IMG/VR virus record: IMGVR_UViG_3300010160_000036
Location: 12,353 to 76,352 of that record
From: a virus
DNA: 64,000 nucleotides
Reading direction: 5' to 3' (one strand)
Positions 18,164 to 33,500 of this stretch are shown here, one piece after another (position 1 is the first letter of the stretch; each line of letters starts with the position of its first letter). A program made the position numbers and the translations under genes. Below the pieces are notes generated by a model. That model searched no databases. It was not told where the DNA came from and saw nothing but the letters and a program-made list of their open reading frames with translations.

Positions 18164-18171
18164 GATAAATA
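18164..18171 (+). promoter_or_regulatory. Late promoter motif GATAAATA before the gp6-like gene
   Basis: Intergenic match to the recurring motif; preceded by palindrome aaaaccatggtttt (18143-18156). Confidence 0.55.
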
Positions 18172-18188
18172 CTTAAAAGAGAAAAACT

Positions 18189-21100
18189 ATGGCTACAAGT
18201 TCAAGACAATCATCAATATTCGGTGTCAACGATTGGAAGGCAATATACCAAACCTTCCGTGAGGCTGACTTCAGAAGTTACGATTATGAGACTTTACGTA
18301 AGAGTTTCATTGACTATCTGCGAGCATACTACCCAGAAACCTTTAACGATTACATCGAATCTAGCGAATTTATTGCGTTGATGGATGTTATTGCATTTAT
18401 GGGACAGGGTATTGCTTTCCGTAATGATTTAAACACCCGTGAAAACTTTATTGACACTGCTGAACGTAGAGACAGTGTTATCAAATTAGCCAACTTAGTC
18501 AGCTACAACCCAAAACGAAACATTACTGGTCAGGGATTTATCAAAGTTACCAGTATAAGAACAACAGAACAATTAACTGACATTAATGGTATTAATTTGG
18601 GTAATCAAACAATTGTTTGGAACGATCCGGCTAATATTAGCTGGTTAGAACAGTTTAATACAATTGTTAATGCCACATTAATCAATAGTCAAAAAATTGG
18701 ACGTCCGGGAAACATAGCAGAATTATTAGGTGTATTGACTAGTGAATACGCTATAGAAATTCCACCAAACAGTTTACCTGTTATACCGTTCACCTCTACA
18801 GTTGATACAATGAATATGAATTTTGAATTGTGTAGTGTTACCAGCGTGAATGAAGATTATGTATATGAATTGCCGCCGGCACCAACTGGCAGATTTAATA
18901 TGTTATATCGCAATGACAAATTAGGTTACGGTAGTCCAAACACAGGTTTTTTCTTTTATTTTAAACAAGGAAAATTACAAAGCTACGATTTTAATTTACC
19001 ACAACAAATTTCAAATCAAGTAGTAAACATTAACATTCAAGGTGTTAATAATACTGATACTTGGTTATATCAATTAAGCACCGCTAATGGTGGAAGAACT
19101 CTTTGGAAACAAGTTGAGAGTGTCTATGCAAATGCACAACTAAGTTCAACCACATCAACTAAAAAAGTCTTCTCAGTTATTTCAGGTTTTAATGATTTAG
19201 TTAGTTATGCATTTGGAGATGGGGTATTTTCTGAAGCACCGGTTGGATCTTTTAGAGCATATGTTCGTGCAGGTAATGCATTGACTTATACAATTGATCC
19301 AACTGAGATGCAAGGGATTCAAGTAACAATACAGTATATTAGCCGAGCAGGTCGAACAGAAGCACTTACATTAGGATTACAATTACAATTACCAGCATCA
19401 ACTGCACAAGCAAGAGAAACAATAGCAAATATTAAACAACGTGCCCCTGCAAGATATTATACTCAAAACAGAATGGTTAATGGCGAAGATTATAACAATT
19501 TCCCATATACGTTATATAGTTCAATTATTAAAAGTAAAGCTATTAACCGAACTTCAGTTGGTGTGTCTAAAAATTTAGACTTACTTGACCCTACCGGAAA
19601 ATACTCTAGCACTAATAGTTTTGCAAACGATGGTGCTTTATATCAAAACAATGACAATGGTTGGTTGTTATTAACAATTAACAATACCGGTGACATCATT
19701 AAGTTTTTAACCGATGCATTGGCTAATGCATTGGCTGATACTAGAGCAAGACAGTATTACTTAGAAAATTACACACGGTATGATATCAATATTGCATCTG
19801 GTGACGGGACTGTATACTGGAATACCAGTACAGTAGATGCTAATAGTGTAACTGGTTATTTTTATAATATATCTGGATCAATAGATGTACCAATAGCTAT
19901 CGGCACCTACTCAACGCATGATGTAAAATATATTACACCAGGAGCTATGATTCGGGTGATTGCTCCAAGTGGTTATTACTTTGATCAAAATAACAGATTG
20001 ATAGCAGGTATTGCAGGCCCAACCAATACCACATTCTTTTGGACAACAGTATTAAGTGTTATTGGTGATGGATATAATAACGGTACTGGTAATTTTAGTA
20101 ACGGCATCGGTCCAGTTTCATTAAATGCGTATGTGCCAAATGGTGCCATCGTTAATCAAGTTATACCTGCATTTCAAAACACATTACCTACTTTAGTAAG
20201 ACAAGAAGCAATTACCAGAATGGAATTGAATCAAAGCTTTAGCTTGATATTTAATAATTCATTATTAGCATCACAGGATAGATGGTCTATAGGTGCATAT
20301 AATCAAGATAATTGGTTTGTGAATTTTCAATCTACCGGTAACAATATGTACTCAGTGTATTACCGATCATTAAAGTATTACTTTGGATCAGTAGCTGACA
20401 CACGATTCTGGTTTGAAATAGGTAAGTTAGTATATGATCCAGTAACTGGTAAGATTCTAGCAGATTATGTTAATATGTTATCAACTAATACCCAACCTGG
20501 AAATAACTATGCTTTAGCTAAACCAGTCAAAGTAAACATCGTTGGACAAACAATTGAAAGTGATGGTTATGTGAATGACTTTGAAGTAGAAGTTTCTAGT
20601 ATTGATGTAAACAATAAAGAAATTATTTTAGATCCTGACTTCTTTACTACTGTTACAGGCTATCAAGTTAACAATGCTAACATTGGTATATACGCATTTT
20701 TTGAACTAATTCAAGATGCGGTTAATTTATCACGTTATCAAGTGATATCTTCAAGTGAAGTGGTATATCAGTATCCTAATTTAACTACCATCGAAGTTGT
20801 AAAATACGAATATCCATTAGGTCAGTTATTCTATGCATATAATGAAAACAAGTTTTACATATCAGTGCAAGATACTACAGTGACAACACCATATTATATA
20901 ATGACTCCGCAACCTCAATATCTAATGCAATCAGGACGCCAAGGATTGCAATTTCAGTATCGTCATAATAGTAATAACACTACACGTATTGATCCGGCAA
21001 CTACAAACATCATTGATTTGTATTTGGTAACACAAGCTTACTATACAGCTTACCAAAATTATATACAAGATTCTACTGATACAGTACCAAAACCAGATAT

Positions 21101-21560
21101 CCCTACAATTAGTGAATTGCAACAAGCTTATGGTCGTTTAGATGATTACAAGATGCTGACTGATAACGTAGTACCAAATAGTGTTCGATTTGTTCCTTTA
21201 TTTGGTCACAAGGCAACACCTCAATTACAAGGTACAGTTAAAGTTATCAAGTCACAAATGACAAATGCAAGTGATAGTGAAGTACGTAGTGCAACCCTAA
21301 CTGCTATGAACAATTATTTTAATATCAATAATTGGAACTTTGGAGACACATTCTACTTTTCAGAATTAAGTGCATATTTACATGCACAGTTAGGAGATTT
21401 AATGAGTTCAGTTGTATTAGTTCCAAATGATCCTACAATGAACTTTGGTGACTTGTACGAAATCAAATCAGCTCCTTATGAAATTTTTGTTAACGGTGCA
21501 ACAGCAAATGACGTTGTAATCATCGCAGCTTTAACTCCAGTGCAATTACAAATAAGATAA
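18189..21560 (+). CDS. Baseplate wedge protein, gp6-like
   Basis: D...LR..F..YL, ENFIDTAERRDSV..LA..V.Y.P, FGDG, ET...IK..AP..Y.TQNRMV...DY motifs. Confidence 0.85.
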   Translation: MATSSRQSSIFGVNDWKAIYQTFREADFRSYDYETLRKSFIDYLRAYYPETFNDYIESSEFIALMDVIAFMGQGIAFRNDLNTRENFIDTAERRDSVIKLANLVSYNPKRNITGQGFIKVTSIRTTEQLTDINGINLGNQTIVWNDPANISWLEQFNTIVNATLINSQKIGRPGNIAELLGVLTSEYAIEIPPNSLPVIPFTSTVDTMNMNFELCSVTSVNEDYVYELPPAPTGRFNMLYRNDKLGYGSPNTGFFFYFKQGKLQSYDFNLPQQISNQVVNINIQGVNNTDTWLYQLSTANGGRTLWKQVESVYANAQLSSTTSTKKVFSVISGFNDLVSYAFGDGVFSEAPVGSFRAYVRAGNALTYTIDPTEMQGIQVTIQYISRAGRTEALTLGLQLQLPASTAQARETIANIKQRAPARYYTQNRMVNGEDYNNFPYTLYSSIIKSKAINRTSVGVSKNLDLLDPTGKYSSTNSFANDGALYQNNDNGWLLLTINNTGDIIKFLTDALANALADTRARQYYLENYTRYDINIASGDGTVYWNTSTVDANSVTGYFYNISGSIDVPIAIGTYSTHDVKYITPGAMIRVIAPSGYYFDQNNRLIAGIAGPTNTTFFWTTVLSVIGDGYNNGTGNFSNGIGPVSLNAYVPNGAIVNQVIPAFQNTLPTLVRQEAITRMELNQSFSLIFNNSLLASQDRWSIGAYNQDNWFVNFQSTGNNMYSVYYRSLKYYFGSVADTRFWFEIGKLVYDPVTGKILADYVNMLSTNTQPGNNYALAKPVKVNIVGQTIESDGYVNDFEVEVSSIDVNNKEIILDPDFFTTVTGYQVNNANIGIYAFFELIQDAVNLSRYQVISSSEVVYQYPNLTTIEVVKYEYPLGQLFYAYNENKFYISVQDTTVTTPYYIMTPQPQYLMQSGRQGLQFQYRHNSNNTTRIDPATTNIIDLYLVTQAYYTAYQNYIQDSTDTVPKPDIPTISELQQAYGRLDDYKMLTDNVVPNSVRFVPLFGHKATPQLQGTVKVIKSQMTNASDSEVRSATLTAMNNYFNINNWNFGDTFYFSELSAYLHAQLGDLMSSVVLVPNDPTMNFGDLYEIKSAPYEIFVNGATANDVVIIAALTPVQLQIR

Positions 21561-21586
21561 GTATACAATAACAATTAGAGAGTTAT

Positions 21587-24500
21587 ATGGCAACAAGAAT
21601 TAGAACACTAAACTTTTTACCTGAAGTATTTCAGACCCCTACTAACGCACAATTTTTAGGAGCAACACTAGATCAAATTACGGATCAACCAAATACGATG
21701 CGTATTGAAGGTTATGTTGGTAGTAAGTTTGGATATGGTATTAATGCTAAAGACAAATATGTAATTGAACCTACAAAAACACGCACTGACTATCAATTAG
21801 ATCCTGCTGTTGTATTTACAAAAACAAACACAGCAACAGCAGTCGATTTCATTAGTTATCCGGGCATAGTAGATGCTGTAAAATTAAACGGTGGCATCAT
21901 TGATAATAACGACAGACTGTTTAACAGTCAATTTTATTCATGGGATCCGTTTGTTGATTTGGATAAAGTAATCAACTTTAATCAATATTACTGGTTGCCA
22001 ACCGGTGCACCGGCAGTAACAGTTGCTACTGACATTGTTTATAATGTCAGTGATTATGTTGTAACAGATTTGCCAAATGGATACAACATTTCAAGTGACG
22101 TTAATCCAAGTGGCTCAACTAATCCATCATTGACTTTTATTCGTGGCGGTACATATACATTTACTGTAGATCAGAATACTGCATTTTGGTTACAAGGTAA
22201 ACCGGGTGTAACCGGCTATGATCCAGCTCAACCTAATTTACAAACACGTAATATACTTGGTGTTGAAAACAACGGGGCCTCTAGAGGTGTAGTAACATTT
22301 AATGTACCTTATAAAAACGCACAGGATGAATATAATTTCCCAGGTAACAACTTAGTTGATGTAGTATCAACTACGCCATTTGATGAAATCAATGGTCAGC
22401 TGTTAAGTTATGTTAAAAATATCGACGGTGTGACAGCATTAGGAGGTAGAACTGTACTGTTTTATAATACTGGCGTAGTTAATGAAACTGGATTTGTTGG
22501 CCCGTTTTATGATACAACACTGTATGATGAAAACGGTGGCAACGCCCCGTTCGTTTATCCGGGCACATCGATTGATAATAACAATTATAATGGTGGTTAT
22601 TATACTGATCCTTCAGCTACATTTTATCTAATAACATATGTTGGTGATCCTGACAACCCTACACTAAAATTAGTACCATATGCCCCTATCCCAACTGAAG
22701 AAAAGATAACAGCAGTTTACGGCACACAATGGAAAGCTAGAAATTTTTATCGTAATATCGAAGGCGTAATTAACTTGATCCCGTATCTAAGCAGTTTGCT
22801 AGATACAATATATTATCAAGACGGTACTAGTCCAGACAAGGTTGGTGTTATTAAATTAATTAATAGCAACTCTGCAAATCAAATTAATGTCAATGATATT
22901 TTAGGTAAAAAGAATTACACTGCACCAAATGGTGTCGTGTTTACTAACGGATTAAAAGTATCATTTGCAGGTAGTATCTATCCAACAACTTACAAGACAG
23001 GTGAATACTATGTTCAAGGTGTGGGTACTGCAATTGAATTATTAGACATTGCTACACTAATTGCCCCAGAACCATTCACTGCAGGAACATATACACCATA
23101 CGACACCTTACCGTATGACATTGGCAACTATGATAGTACATTATACGTTCCTGTATATCAAGATTATTTAACAATTGCAAGAAATAGTATTGACAGAAAT
23201 GCATGGTCACGAAGCAATCGTTGGTTTCACATTGATGTTATTAATGCAACTGCAGGTTATTTAAATGATCCTACAATCGTTACTACATATGCAACACAAA
23301 ATAATAAAGCAAAACGCCCGGTCATAGAATTTTATCCTAACTTACAATTATTTAATAACAACATTGTTGGCAAACAACCTATTGATTTCTTTGACACTAG
23401 AACAACAGATGCATTTACTCAAGTTGCCGGACAACTTGCTTACTACCCGGACGTAGAAGTATACACTGCATCAACCGCATCTATCGCATCAGCATCAAGC
23501 GCAACATCTACTACAATTACTGTATTGGCGTCAGACGTGGGTCCTGTAACTAGTATTGGTGCCAGCATAGGTACATTTCAAGTAGGTCAATATATTACCG
23601 ACAATGCTGGTAAACTACCACGTAATAGTCAAATCTCAGCTATTTCTGGTACAACAACATTGACATTGACGGTTACGTGGCCTTATGCATCATCATTTAC
23701 ATCAGCCACTAATGTGTCATTAATTGCAAACGGTTTACCAAATGATGACTATGCATTGTATGACGGTGCAAAGATTGTATTCTCTGTAGATACAAATGTT
23801 GATGTTCGTAATAAAATTTATATTGTTCGTTTTTCAAGTATTGCCGGCTCAATCCCAGTTATTACATTGACTGAAGTTGAAGATGGTTTAGTATTACCAA
23901 ACGAAGGTACATTTACATTCAAGGGCTATTACAATCAAGGTATGGATTTTTACTTTGATGGTTTAACATGGTTTGAAGCACAGCAAAAGACAACAATTAA
24001 CCAAGCACCATTGTTTGATGTCTTTGACAATGATGGTGTAAGTTTTGGTAACAATAATGTTTATGTAGGTAGTTCATTCAAAGGTAACAAACTATTCAGT
24101 TATGGTATTGGTAGTGGAATCAATGATTTGATATTAGGCTTTCCGTTGCGCTATAGTTCCGTAAACAATGTAGGCGACATTAGCTTTGATGTACTAATAA
24201 ACTCTGCGACATTTAATTATGTTAAGGGCATTGCACCAATAACACAAAAAGTAAACACTGGATATGTTCACAACTATAGTGACCTATCGACATTTAGTAG
24301 AGCATTAGGTTGGCAAACAGCAGTTGCTGAAAGTCGGCAGTACCAAGTGTTTAATTTTGATTATGTAGCATCTAACCCAGTAACAACATATACATGCGAC
24401 ATTGCGGCTGCAACAAACACTGCATGGCCTAACATTCAATTGTATGTAAATAATGATTTGCAAGCATCATCAACTTACACATATGAAATTACAGAAGATT

Positions 24501-27500
24501 CTACTGTAATTACATTTACACCACCTAATCCTTTAGTTGATACTGTAATTGAAATTACTATACTAAGTGACCAAGTAAGTCCAACAGCTTACTATGAAAT
24601 CCCTATCAACTTACAAAACAACCCATTCAATACTGATATCACAACAGCAAACGTTGGTGATATACGTGGTCAGTATCAAAGTATCTTTTACAACAATCCT
24701 GACACTACTGGCGTAGTATTTGGTTCAAACAACTATCGTGACTTGGGCAATCTTGTGCCATGGGGTAATAAGATTATTCAGAATAGTGCAAGTCTTGCAC
24801 TTCCTGGCACATTCCTTCGCAAACAAAATCACAATTTAGTTGACTCGTTGCAGTATAATAGTCAACAGTATATTATATTTAAAAACTTGTTAGTAAATAC
24901 AATTGATAGTACAGACTATACTTATTATCAGTTACCGGCAGTAATGCTAGATAACGCATTAGATCAAATTACCTCAGGTAAAATTGAATCTGGTCCATTC
25001 TTTTGGTCTGACATGCTACCTAACATGTCAGCATATGCTACCAACACATATACTTTTGCTAACTCATTAGATGTAAGTATCTATCCATTGACTAGAATTT
25101 ATGATTTTACTAAATCAAACTATTATGGTGTTCTTGTTTATCTAACAAGAACTGTTGATAACTTTACAACAACTACTCAGTTACTAATCAATATTGACTA
25201 TACTGTCAGCACCGATACTCCTAGCTTAACAATTAGTACTGATTTGTTACCAGGTGATATCGTAACAATTAAAGAATATAATCAAACATATGGTAGCTAT
25301 GTTCCAAATACTCCTACTAAGTTAGGATTGTATCCAGCATTTGTACCTGAAGTTATCTTAGATAGTAACTACACACAACCTACATATTTTATTCGTGGAC
25401 ATGATGGATCATATAATCAATTGTACGGTGATTATATTGACGGGAATTTAGTAGACTTCAGAGATAAAGTATTGTTAGAATTTGAAACAAGAATCTATAA
25501 CAATTTAAAACTAAGTGACATCATTCCAATTCGTGACTATGATGTTATTCCTGGTTTCTTTAGAAATACTGGTTACTCATATGACGAAGTACTAAGCATA
25601 TACTCGCAATACTTTTTAAATTGGATAGGTCAGAATCGTGTAGAATATAAACCACAAGTAGGTTATAGTTCAATTGACCAGTTTACTTATAATTACAGTC
25701 AATCAGGAAATAAGATTGATGGTAGTCAAATATTACAAGGTTATTGGAGAGGTATATATCAATATTTCTATGACACCTCTGAACCTAATACAACACCATG
25801 GGAAATGCTTGGCTTCACTGCAATGCCATCATGGTGGACAGGACGTTATGGTGCTGCCCCATATACAAGTGACAACTTAGTATTATGGAAAGATTTAGCA
25901 CAGGGTATTAACTGGAACAACGGTGATCCCTACGTATTGAGTCAGTTTATCAGACCGCAGTTGTTAGAAGTAATTCCTGTTGACAGTGCTGGTAATTTAT
26001 TATCACCATTTGATGCTATTGTTGGTAACTATGTAGAACGTTCATTCAAACATGATTGGAAAGTTGGAGATGTAGCTGCAACTGAATTATCATATCGCAG
26101 AAGCAGTACATGGCCATTTGACTTGATGAAACTATTGTCATTGACAAAGCCAGCAGAATTTTACAACTTGGGTGTTGATGTTGACAATTACAAATACAAC
26201 ACAGAATTCAATCAATTCTTAGTTAACAACCGCAGCCACTTAGTAATTAGCGATGTACAAATTTATGGTAATGGCATAGCTAAAACTAGTTACATCAACT
26301 GGATTGTTGATTATGAAAAACAATTGGGCGTGGATGCAACAACCAACATCACTAATTTGCTAGCTAATTTGGATGTTCGTTTAGCATACAGACTTGCTGG
26401 ATTCAGTGACAAGACCCTATTGAATTTCTATGTTGAAAAAGGCACACCAAACAGTACAAATGCTTCATTATTGATTCCTAATGAAAGCTATCAAGTATTG
26501 TTATATGACAATGTGCCATTCGACAAAATTATATACAGTGGAGTTATTGTACAAAACGTAGGCACTGGATGGAAAGTATTTGGTAACTCACAGAACAACG
26601 CATATTTTAATATAAGTGTTCCAAAAATAAACGGAAATTATAATAAAGTATCAGTAGAAGGATTATCTGTACAAATTGCAAATGACTACTTTGACAATAA
26701 AAGTCAGTTAATCCCATATGGTACCGAATTCAATTCAATACATGATGTTGCACAATTTATAGGAAGCTATAATAATTATTTGCTCAACCAAGGCGTATTG
26801 TTTGACCAGATCGAATCTGGCTTAGCAGTAATTTGGAGTCAGATGGTTGCTGAATATTTATATTGGGTTCAATCAGGATGGGAAAAAGGAAGTTTGATTA
26901 ACTTAAATCCAGCAGCCAATATTATGACTATTAACAAAGATAGTTACATTGTTCAACCATTAACACTACAAAAACAAAACTTTGTATTGAATCAAAACTT
27001 ATATCCAATTAAATCTACTGATTTAGCTGTGGTTCGTGAAGGTACTTTATTCACAGCTACACCATTAAATCAAGGTGATACCGTTGCATATGGTCAGTTT
27101 AACATTAGTAATTTTGAACATGGTATTGTTTTCAACAACGTAACACTATTTAATGATATCATCTACAATCTTATAACCGGTTTACGTCAAGCTCGTATCC
27201 TAACAAAGGGTGTTAAAACTGCCGATTGGAATGGTACAATCGATGCACAGGGTTTTATATTAAACCAAGACAATATCTTAGAATGGGACAGTATCACAAA
27301 GTATACCAAAGGTTCTATTGTATTATACAAAAATAGATATTGGACTGCGTTACAAGTGATTAATGCTAGTGCGATTTTTGATACTAAGTTATGGAAAGAA
27401 ACTAACTACAACGAAATTCAAAAGGGCTTACTACCTAACGGTTCAACACGTTCGTATGAATCTACGTTGTTCTATAATACAAACATTAGTAACCTAGACA

Positions 27501-30500
27501 GAGATAGTGATATACTAAGCTGGTCATTAATTGGTTATCGTCCCCGTGATTACCTAGCACTTGCCGACCTAACAGATATTACCCAAGTCAATGTTTATAA
27601 GAACATGATTAAACAAATGGGTACAAGAATCGCCGCTAATAACTTTAAGGGCGTAACTTTACTACAAGGTGGTATTGACTATGATATCAATGATAATTGG
27701 GCTATCAAGACAGGTGAGTTTGGTGGTGTGTTGGATAATAACTTTGTTGATTTTAGATTAAATCAAACTCAATTGACCGGCAACCCAAGCACAGTAGCAT
27801 TGACTACAGGAGATTATACTGACGGAGTAGAACAAGAAGTTCCGTTGTATTCTGTATTTAATTATAGTAGACCATTGACTAACCCTAATGTTCTACCTAC
27901 ATTACCAGTTGACACTCCCAACAGATTATATCCTGCAGCAGGTTATGTAAACTTTAACGATATTTCAGTTTACGGTTATTACTATAATGATTTAAACACT
28001 GCTCAGACTCCGTTGGAAAAATTATACGTAGGTGAATATGTTTGGATTGCTGATTATAACGGAACTTGGCAAGTATACACCCCTATCAGCAATGGTCAAT
28101 TAATTGAAGTGGTTAATAACTTGAATGGAACAGTGACCTTGACTTTTGCTGAACCACACAACTTAACTAAGTATCAAACTATTGCTATTATTAATTTTAA
28201 TGCAGGTGTCAATGGGTATAGAATCGTACAATCAATTATAGATAATAACAGAGTTACAATTGCACTTAACTTGTTAGCATCAGTTACAAGACTTACCGGT
28301 ACTGGCATAGTGATGAGATTTCAATCTCAACGTGTAAATCAACCTAGTGACATCAATTCATTACCGTTACTAAACACAGAATTTGTTAAGAATAAAGTAT
28401 GGGTAGATACAAATACTGACGGTGATTGGGCTGTCTATCGCAAGAGTTTAAATTATGTTTATGATTTAGAATTATTAAGAACAGGTGCATTGAAATTTGG
28501 TAGTGCAGTAGCAACTACAAGTGACTTAGGCTATTTAATTGGTGACAGTGACTTGGGTGTAGCATACAGATATGTATATGACCCTGTATTTAAAGTATTC
28601 GTAATGCGCCAAAGTATAACTGGATCAGAAAGTTTTGGTTCTACTATTTCTTATAGTGGTAACAAATTTGCCATCAGTCAACCAACCGGTGCATTATTAG
28701 CTAACAGATTAGTTAAAGTATATGATTTGATTGTGTCTATCACACAAAACATATTACAATTATCTCAAACAATTCAAGCACCAACAGGTGCAACAAACTG
28801 GGGTTCTGCTACAGCATTCTCCGGTGATGGTAACTGGTTGTATATCAGTGCATATGAACAAAACAGTGTATATGTATATCGCAAGTCACAAGTAACTGGA
28901 TTGTATGAGTATTCAACTATTATCAATGTTTTAGGATTGGTAGCAGGGGATAACTTCTCTTACTCACTGTCAACTAATTATTACGGGGACACTGTAATTA
29001 TTGGTGCACCTGATGTAGATACCACAGTAGACAATACAGGTTCAACTTATATTTTTGAACGATTAGTTCAGAATTTTGAATCACAATACAACAGTCAGCC
29101 ACTAGTTCCTCAAACATTCAAATTAGTATATACTCCCGGCACAACTATTAGAACCGCATCGGCCATTGCAAGTAACGCAGTAACATTGAATAGTGTTGCA
29201 GGATTAACAGCAGGTGTAAATGGTACTGCAATCGTGTTTACTGGCACAGTATTTGGTAGCATTGCACTAAATCAAGTTTATTATGTTAAGTCTATTGTAG
29301 GTTCTACTGTTACGTTGTCTTTAACTCGTAACGGTACTACATTAACCTTGACTAATAGTTCAGGCACAATGTCTGCGGTAGTACAGACTCAACCATTGTT
29401 TGTAAGTGTTAACGGCACACTAATTACAGATAATAATTATGCTGTCACGGGTACTACGTTAAATGTCTATCAAAGTTTGATCGCAGGTGATATCATAACA
29501 TCTAGCAGTTCACAATTTGTATTGATTGAAACATTGGTATCTCCTGATAATCTAACAATAGGTGAACAGTATGGTTACAGTTTAGATACTAACACATACG
29601 GTACTGAAATATTAGTTGGATCACCGTTTCAACTTAATTCACAAAATCAGGAAGGTGCTGTCTATCGATACACTGATGGCGGCGGCAAATACGGTATCAT
29701 AACTGGTTTGCTTGACTGCCAAGTTTCAACACCTACAACTATATTAATAAACGGTTATGTAGTTGATATACCATTAGGTAATGCAACTATAGTTGCTAAT
29801 TCAATAGCTTCCGCTAATATCACCAATGTAACTGCTACTACACAAAACGGTAAGTTGGTAATTTCTACTATTAGCAATGAATTAGCATATGTCAATGATA
29901 AATTAAACATTGTAACATTAAGCGCACATGACTTCTATCAATTGGGTATTAGTAAGTATCAATTGACACAAACTATTAATGATCCACACAGTCAAGGTAG
30001 AACACAATTTGGTACTACTATTAAATTTAATGAAAGCAGCTCATTTGTAGTAAGCTCACCTGTATCAACACGGTATGAAGAAACAACCTTTGATGCTTCT
30101 GATGATGCCAACTATAACAATGACACATTGTTTGATAACAATACAACTCAATTTTTAGACACCTATACTAATGCTGGCGCAGTATACATGTTTGACTATG
30201 TAAGCAACTACGATGAAAATTTAAACAATGTGGGTCAATTTGTATATGCTCAAAATGTTAATGCGTTTGATTTAGACTACGGCGCACAACCATACTATGG
30301 CACAGCATTAGATTTTAATAACAATCAAGTTGTTGTTGGCACACCTAACTTTAGACCAAATATTAATAACGGTCAAGTAATAATTTATCAAAACGCCACT
30401 GGTGTACAAGACTGGAGTGTATATCGTAATTCAACTCCTATCGTTGATGTAAACGCAATTCAAAATGCCCAGTTATATAGTGCATCTACTAATAACACAT

Positions 30501-33500
30501 TGATCAATCTAGATTACATTGATCCATTACAGGGTAAATTATTAGGTGCTGTTGCTGAAAATATTGATATCACGAGCAACCGTGATCCTGCTGCATACAA
30601 TGGTCCAAATTCTACTAACACTAGTTCTATTGTTTGGGGAGCCAAACATGTTGGTAAATTGTGGTTTGATACAAGCACTACTAAATTTGTAAACTATCAT
30701 CAAAGTAATGATGTGGTATATAATAGCAAATGGTGGGGTCAAGTATTCCCTGGAAGCAGTCCTGTAGTTTGTAGTTGGATATCTAGTAACGTTTTACCTA
30801 CAAATTATGCAGGCCCCGGTACTGTCAAAGACGTAAACGAATATACAATCGAATACACATTGAACACTACTGGAGCTATTGTTCCGGTATACTTCTATTG
30901 GGTTCGTAACACAAACATTGTGTTTACACAATTAGGCAAAACACTGTCAGATACAATATGTGAATCATATATTGCAAATCCACTGACAACTGGTATTTCT
31001 TACTTTGCACCACTATTACCAAATGCGTTTGGTTTGTATAACACTATGGACTATGTAAACAATACAGACACTGTAATGCATGTTGGTTTTGCTACTGGAA
31101 CAAATGATGATGTTTCACACAGTGCATACTCATTGATACGTGAGAACACGGATGATTTCTTGCCTGGTTTGCCAGGAACCCCGGGTGTAACATACCCCAA
31201 ATCATTGTACAATAGAATGCTAGAAAGCATGAGTGGTGTAGATGAATCAGGAGCAGTTGTACCTGATCCAAATCTACCAAAACCAGTACAAAGTGGTATA
31301 CTAGTACGTCCTCGCCAAAGCTTCTTCTACGATAGATTTGGTGCATTAAAGAACTATTTGACAACTGCTAATGAAATACTAGCAAAGTATCCATATAACG
31401 AAACAAGTTATAGTACATTCTTAAATACATCAGGCGCTGTCAATCCATCTACTGTTGGTAATCCAAATTGGTCTGGTGCTGAAGAACTATTCTACAACAC
31501 ACAAGATTATTGGACACCAATTAATTGGTGGGCAATTGGATACAATGACAACACACGTCCAGCAATGATGGTTCAATCATATTATGATTTGGCTACGTTG
31601 AATGCACAAAATGGATTAATCGTTACTGTTGCTAAGAACGGTCAAGGTCTACAAGAGACATATAAATATGACATTATAATCAATGATTGGGTTCGTATTG
31701 GATTACAAAATGGTACAATACAGTTTAAGAGTTCATTGTGGGACTATGCTACTGCTCGTTTAGGATTTGGTGATAATTTCTTTGACACCACTCCATTCGA
31801 CACCTACCCAAGTGAGGAGACTCGTTATATTGTTCGTGCATTGAACGAAGAAATGCCTACAGAATTAGGATTCTTTAAGAATGAGGGCTTGATATTGTTG
31901 TTCAACTACATTATTAGTGAGACAATCGAAAGTCAAAATTACTTGCCGTGGTTGAACAAAACATCATTTGTTGATGTGTCACACACTATTCGTGAGTTAC
32001 TTCCATTAAAAATATTCCAATCAGACAATCAAGATTTCTTGAGTGGTTATATCAATGAAGTTAAGCCATATCATGTAGTCATTAAAGACTTCTTGTTTAG
32101 ATATACTGGTCTTGATTTATGGCGCGGTAATGTCACCGACTTTGATTTGCCCGCAACATATAATACAAACTTACAAAAGTATATTACTCCTGAATTGGTA
32201 TATACTAATCCAAGTCAAGATAATCAATATTTGCCCACAGATCCTATCTGGCAAACACCGCCCTATGTTGAATGGTTTAACAATCATGGGTTGAGCATCA
32301 CCGGAGTAAACAATTACCCAATTACTACACTAGCATCATATCTAACATTAAATTCTATTGACATGGTAGTAGATAACGTCTATGGTTTCCCAGTAGACAG
32401 TGTTATTCAAATAGGTGAAGAACAAATTGCTTATTCAGGTGTTGACAGAGCATATGGATTATTAACTGGATTAACTCGCGGTGTTAATGGGACTCCTGTG
32501 ACAAATCATATTCCAGGAGAGCAAATCATTACAGATTTGCCTGCCGTATTGTTACTAAACGGTGGTCGTGGTTATACCGAACCTCCTAAGGTAACAGCAT
32601 ACATAGATACAACCGTGTTCCCGGCGCCAACACGCGCCGCTATATTACAACCCGTAATGAACTTGGATACGATCTTACGCATTGATGTAGTTGATCCAGG
32701 TGAAGGATATGTTGAATTACCACAAATCTTAATTGAACCAAGTGCTATAATTACGTTCCCAAGTTCATATGTAGATTTGAGTAATGACACAGTTATCATT
32801 CAAAGTCAGTTGCTACGAACTGGAGATTTAATTCGTTACAGTGTGGGTGCAAATACAACTCCAATAGGTGGCCTAAAACAAGGAGAATATTATTATATTT
32901 CAGTATTGGAAACTATACCTAATTTTGTTATTTCTTTCTATACAACTTATGTAGGTGCATTAAAGGATCAGGACAGAGTTAATTTATTAAATGGTGGATC
33001 AGGATCAAACAACTATATTGCTATTAGTGCAAGAGCAAGTTGTGTTTCTACTGCAATACCAATTCGTGAAAATCAAATTACACTAAGATTTGATAGAACA
33101 TCATACACCTCACAAGTACAAGATTGGGCTCCTAATAATTTTTACGGCTCGTTCTATGCAGGTGTATTTAGAAATACAACTCAAGTTGCTAGTTCCGGAT
33201 TGACATTGGAATCTAGCGCACCTCCTATTGATTCTATACTAGCTAGTGCTCAAGGTGCTCCGTTCTACTTACAGGATGTGTCTAATAATCATGTAGTTGA
33301 TTGGTCATCACGTACTAGAATTGTAACTAACACCTCTAATACTGGTTATATTACTATTGCCCCTAGTGAAGGCGGTACTCCTTTAGAGGGCTATGTTGGA
33401 CCAACAACTGGCTTCTATATTGGAATGCCAATAAAATTCACTGGTGCAAAATTTGGTGGATTAGTTGTTGGGACTGTATATTATATTAGTGCTATCAACG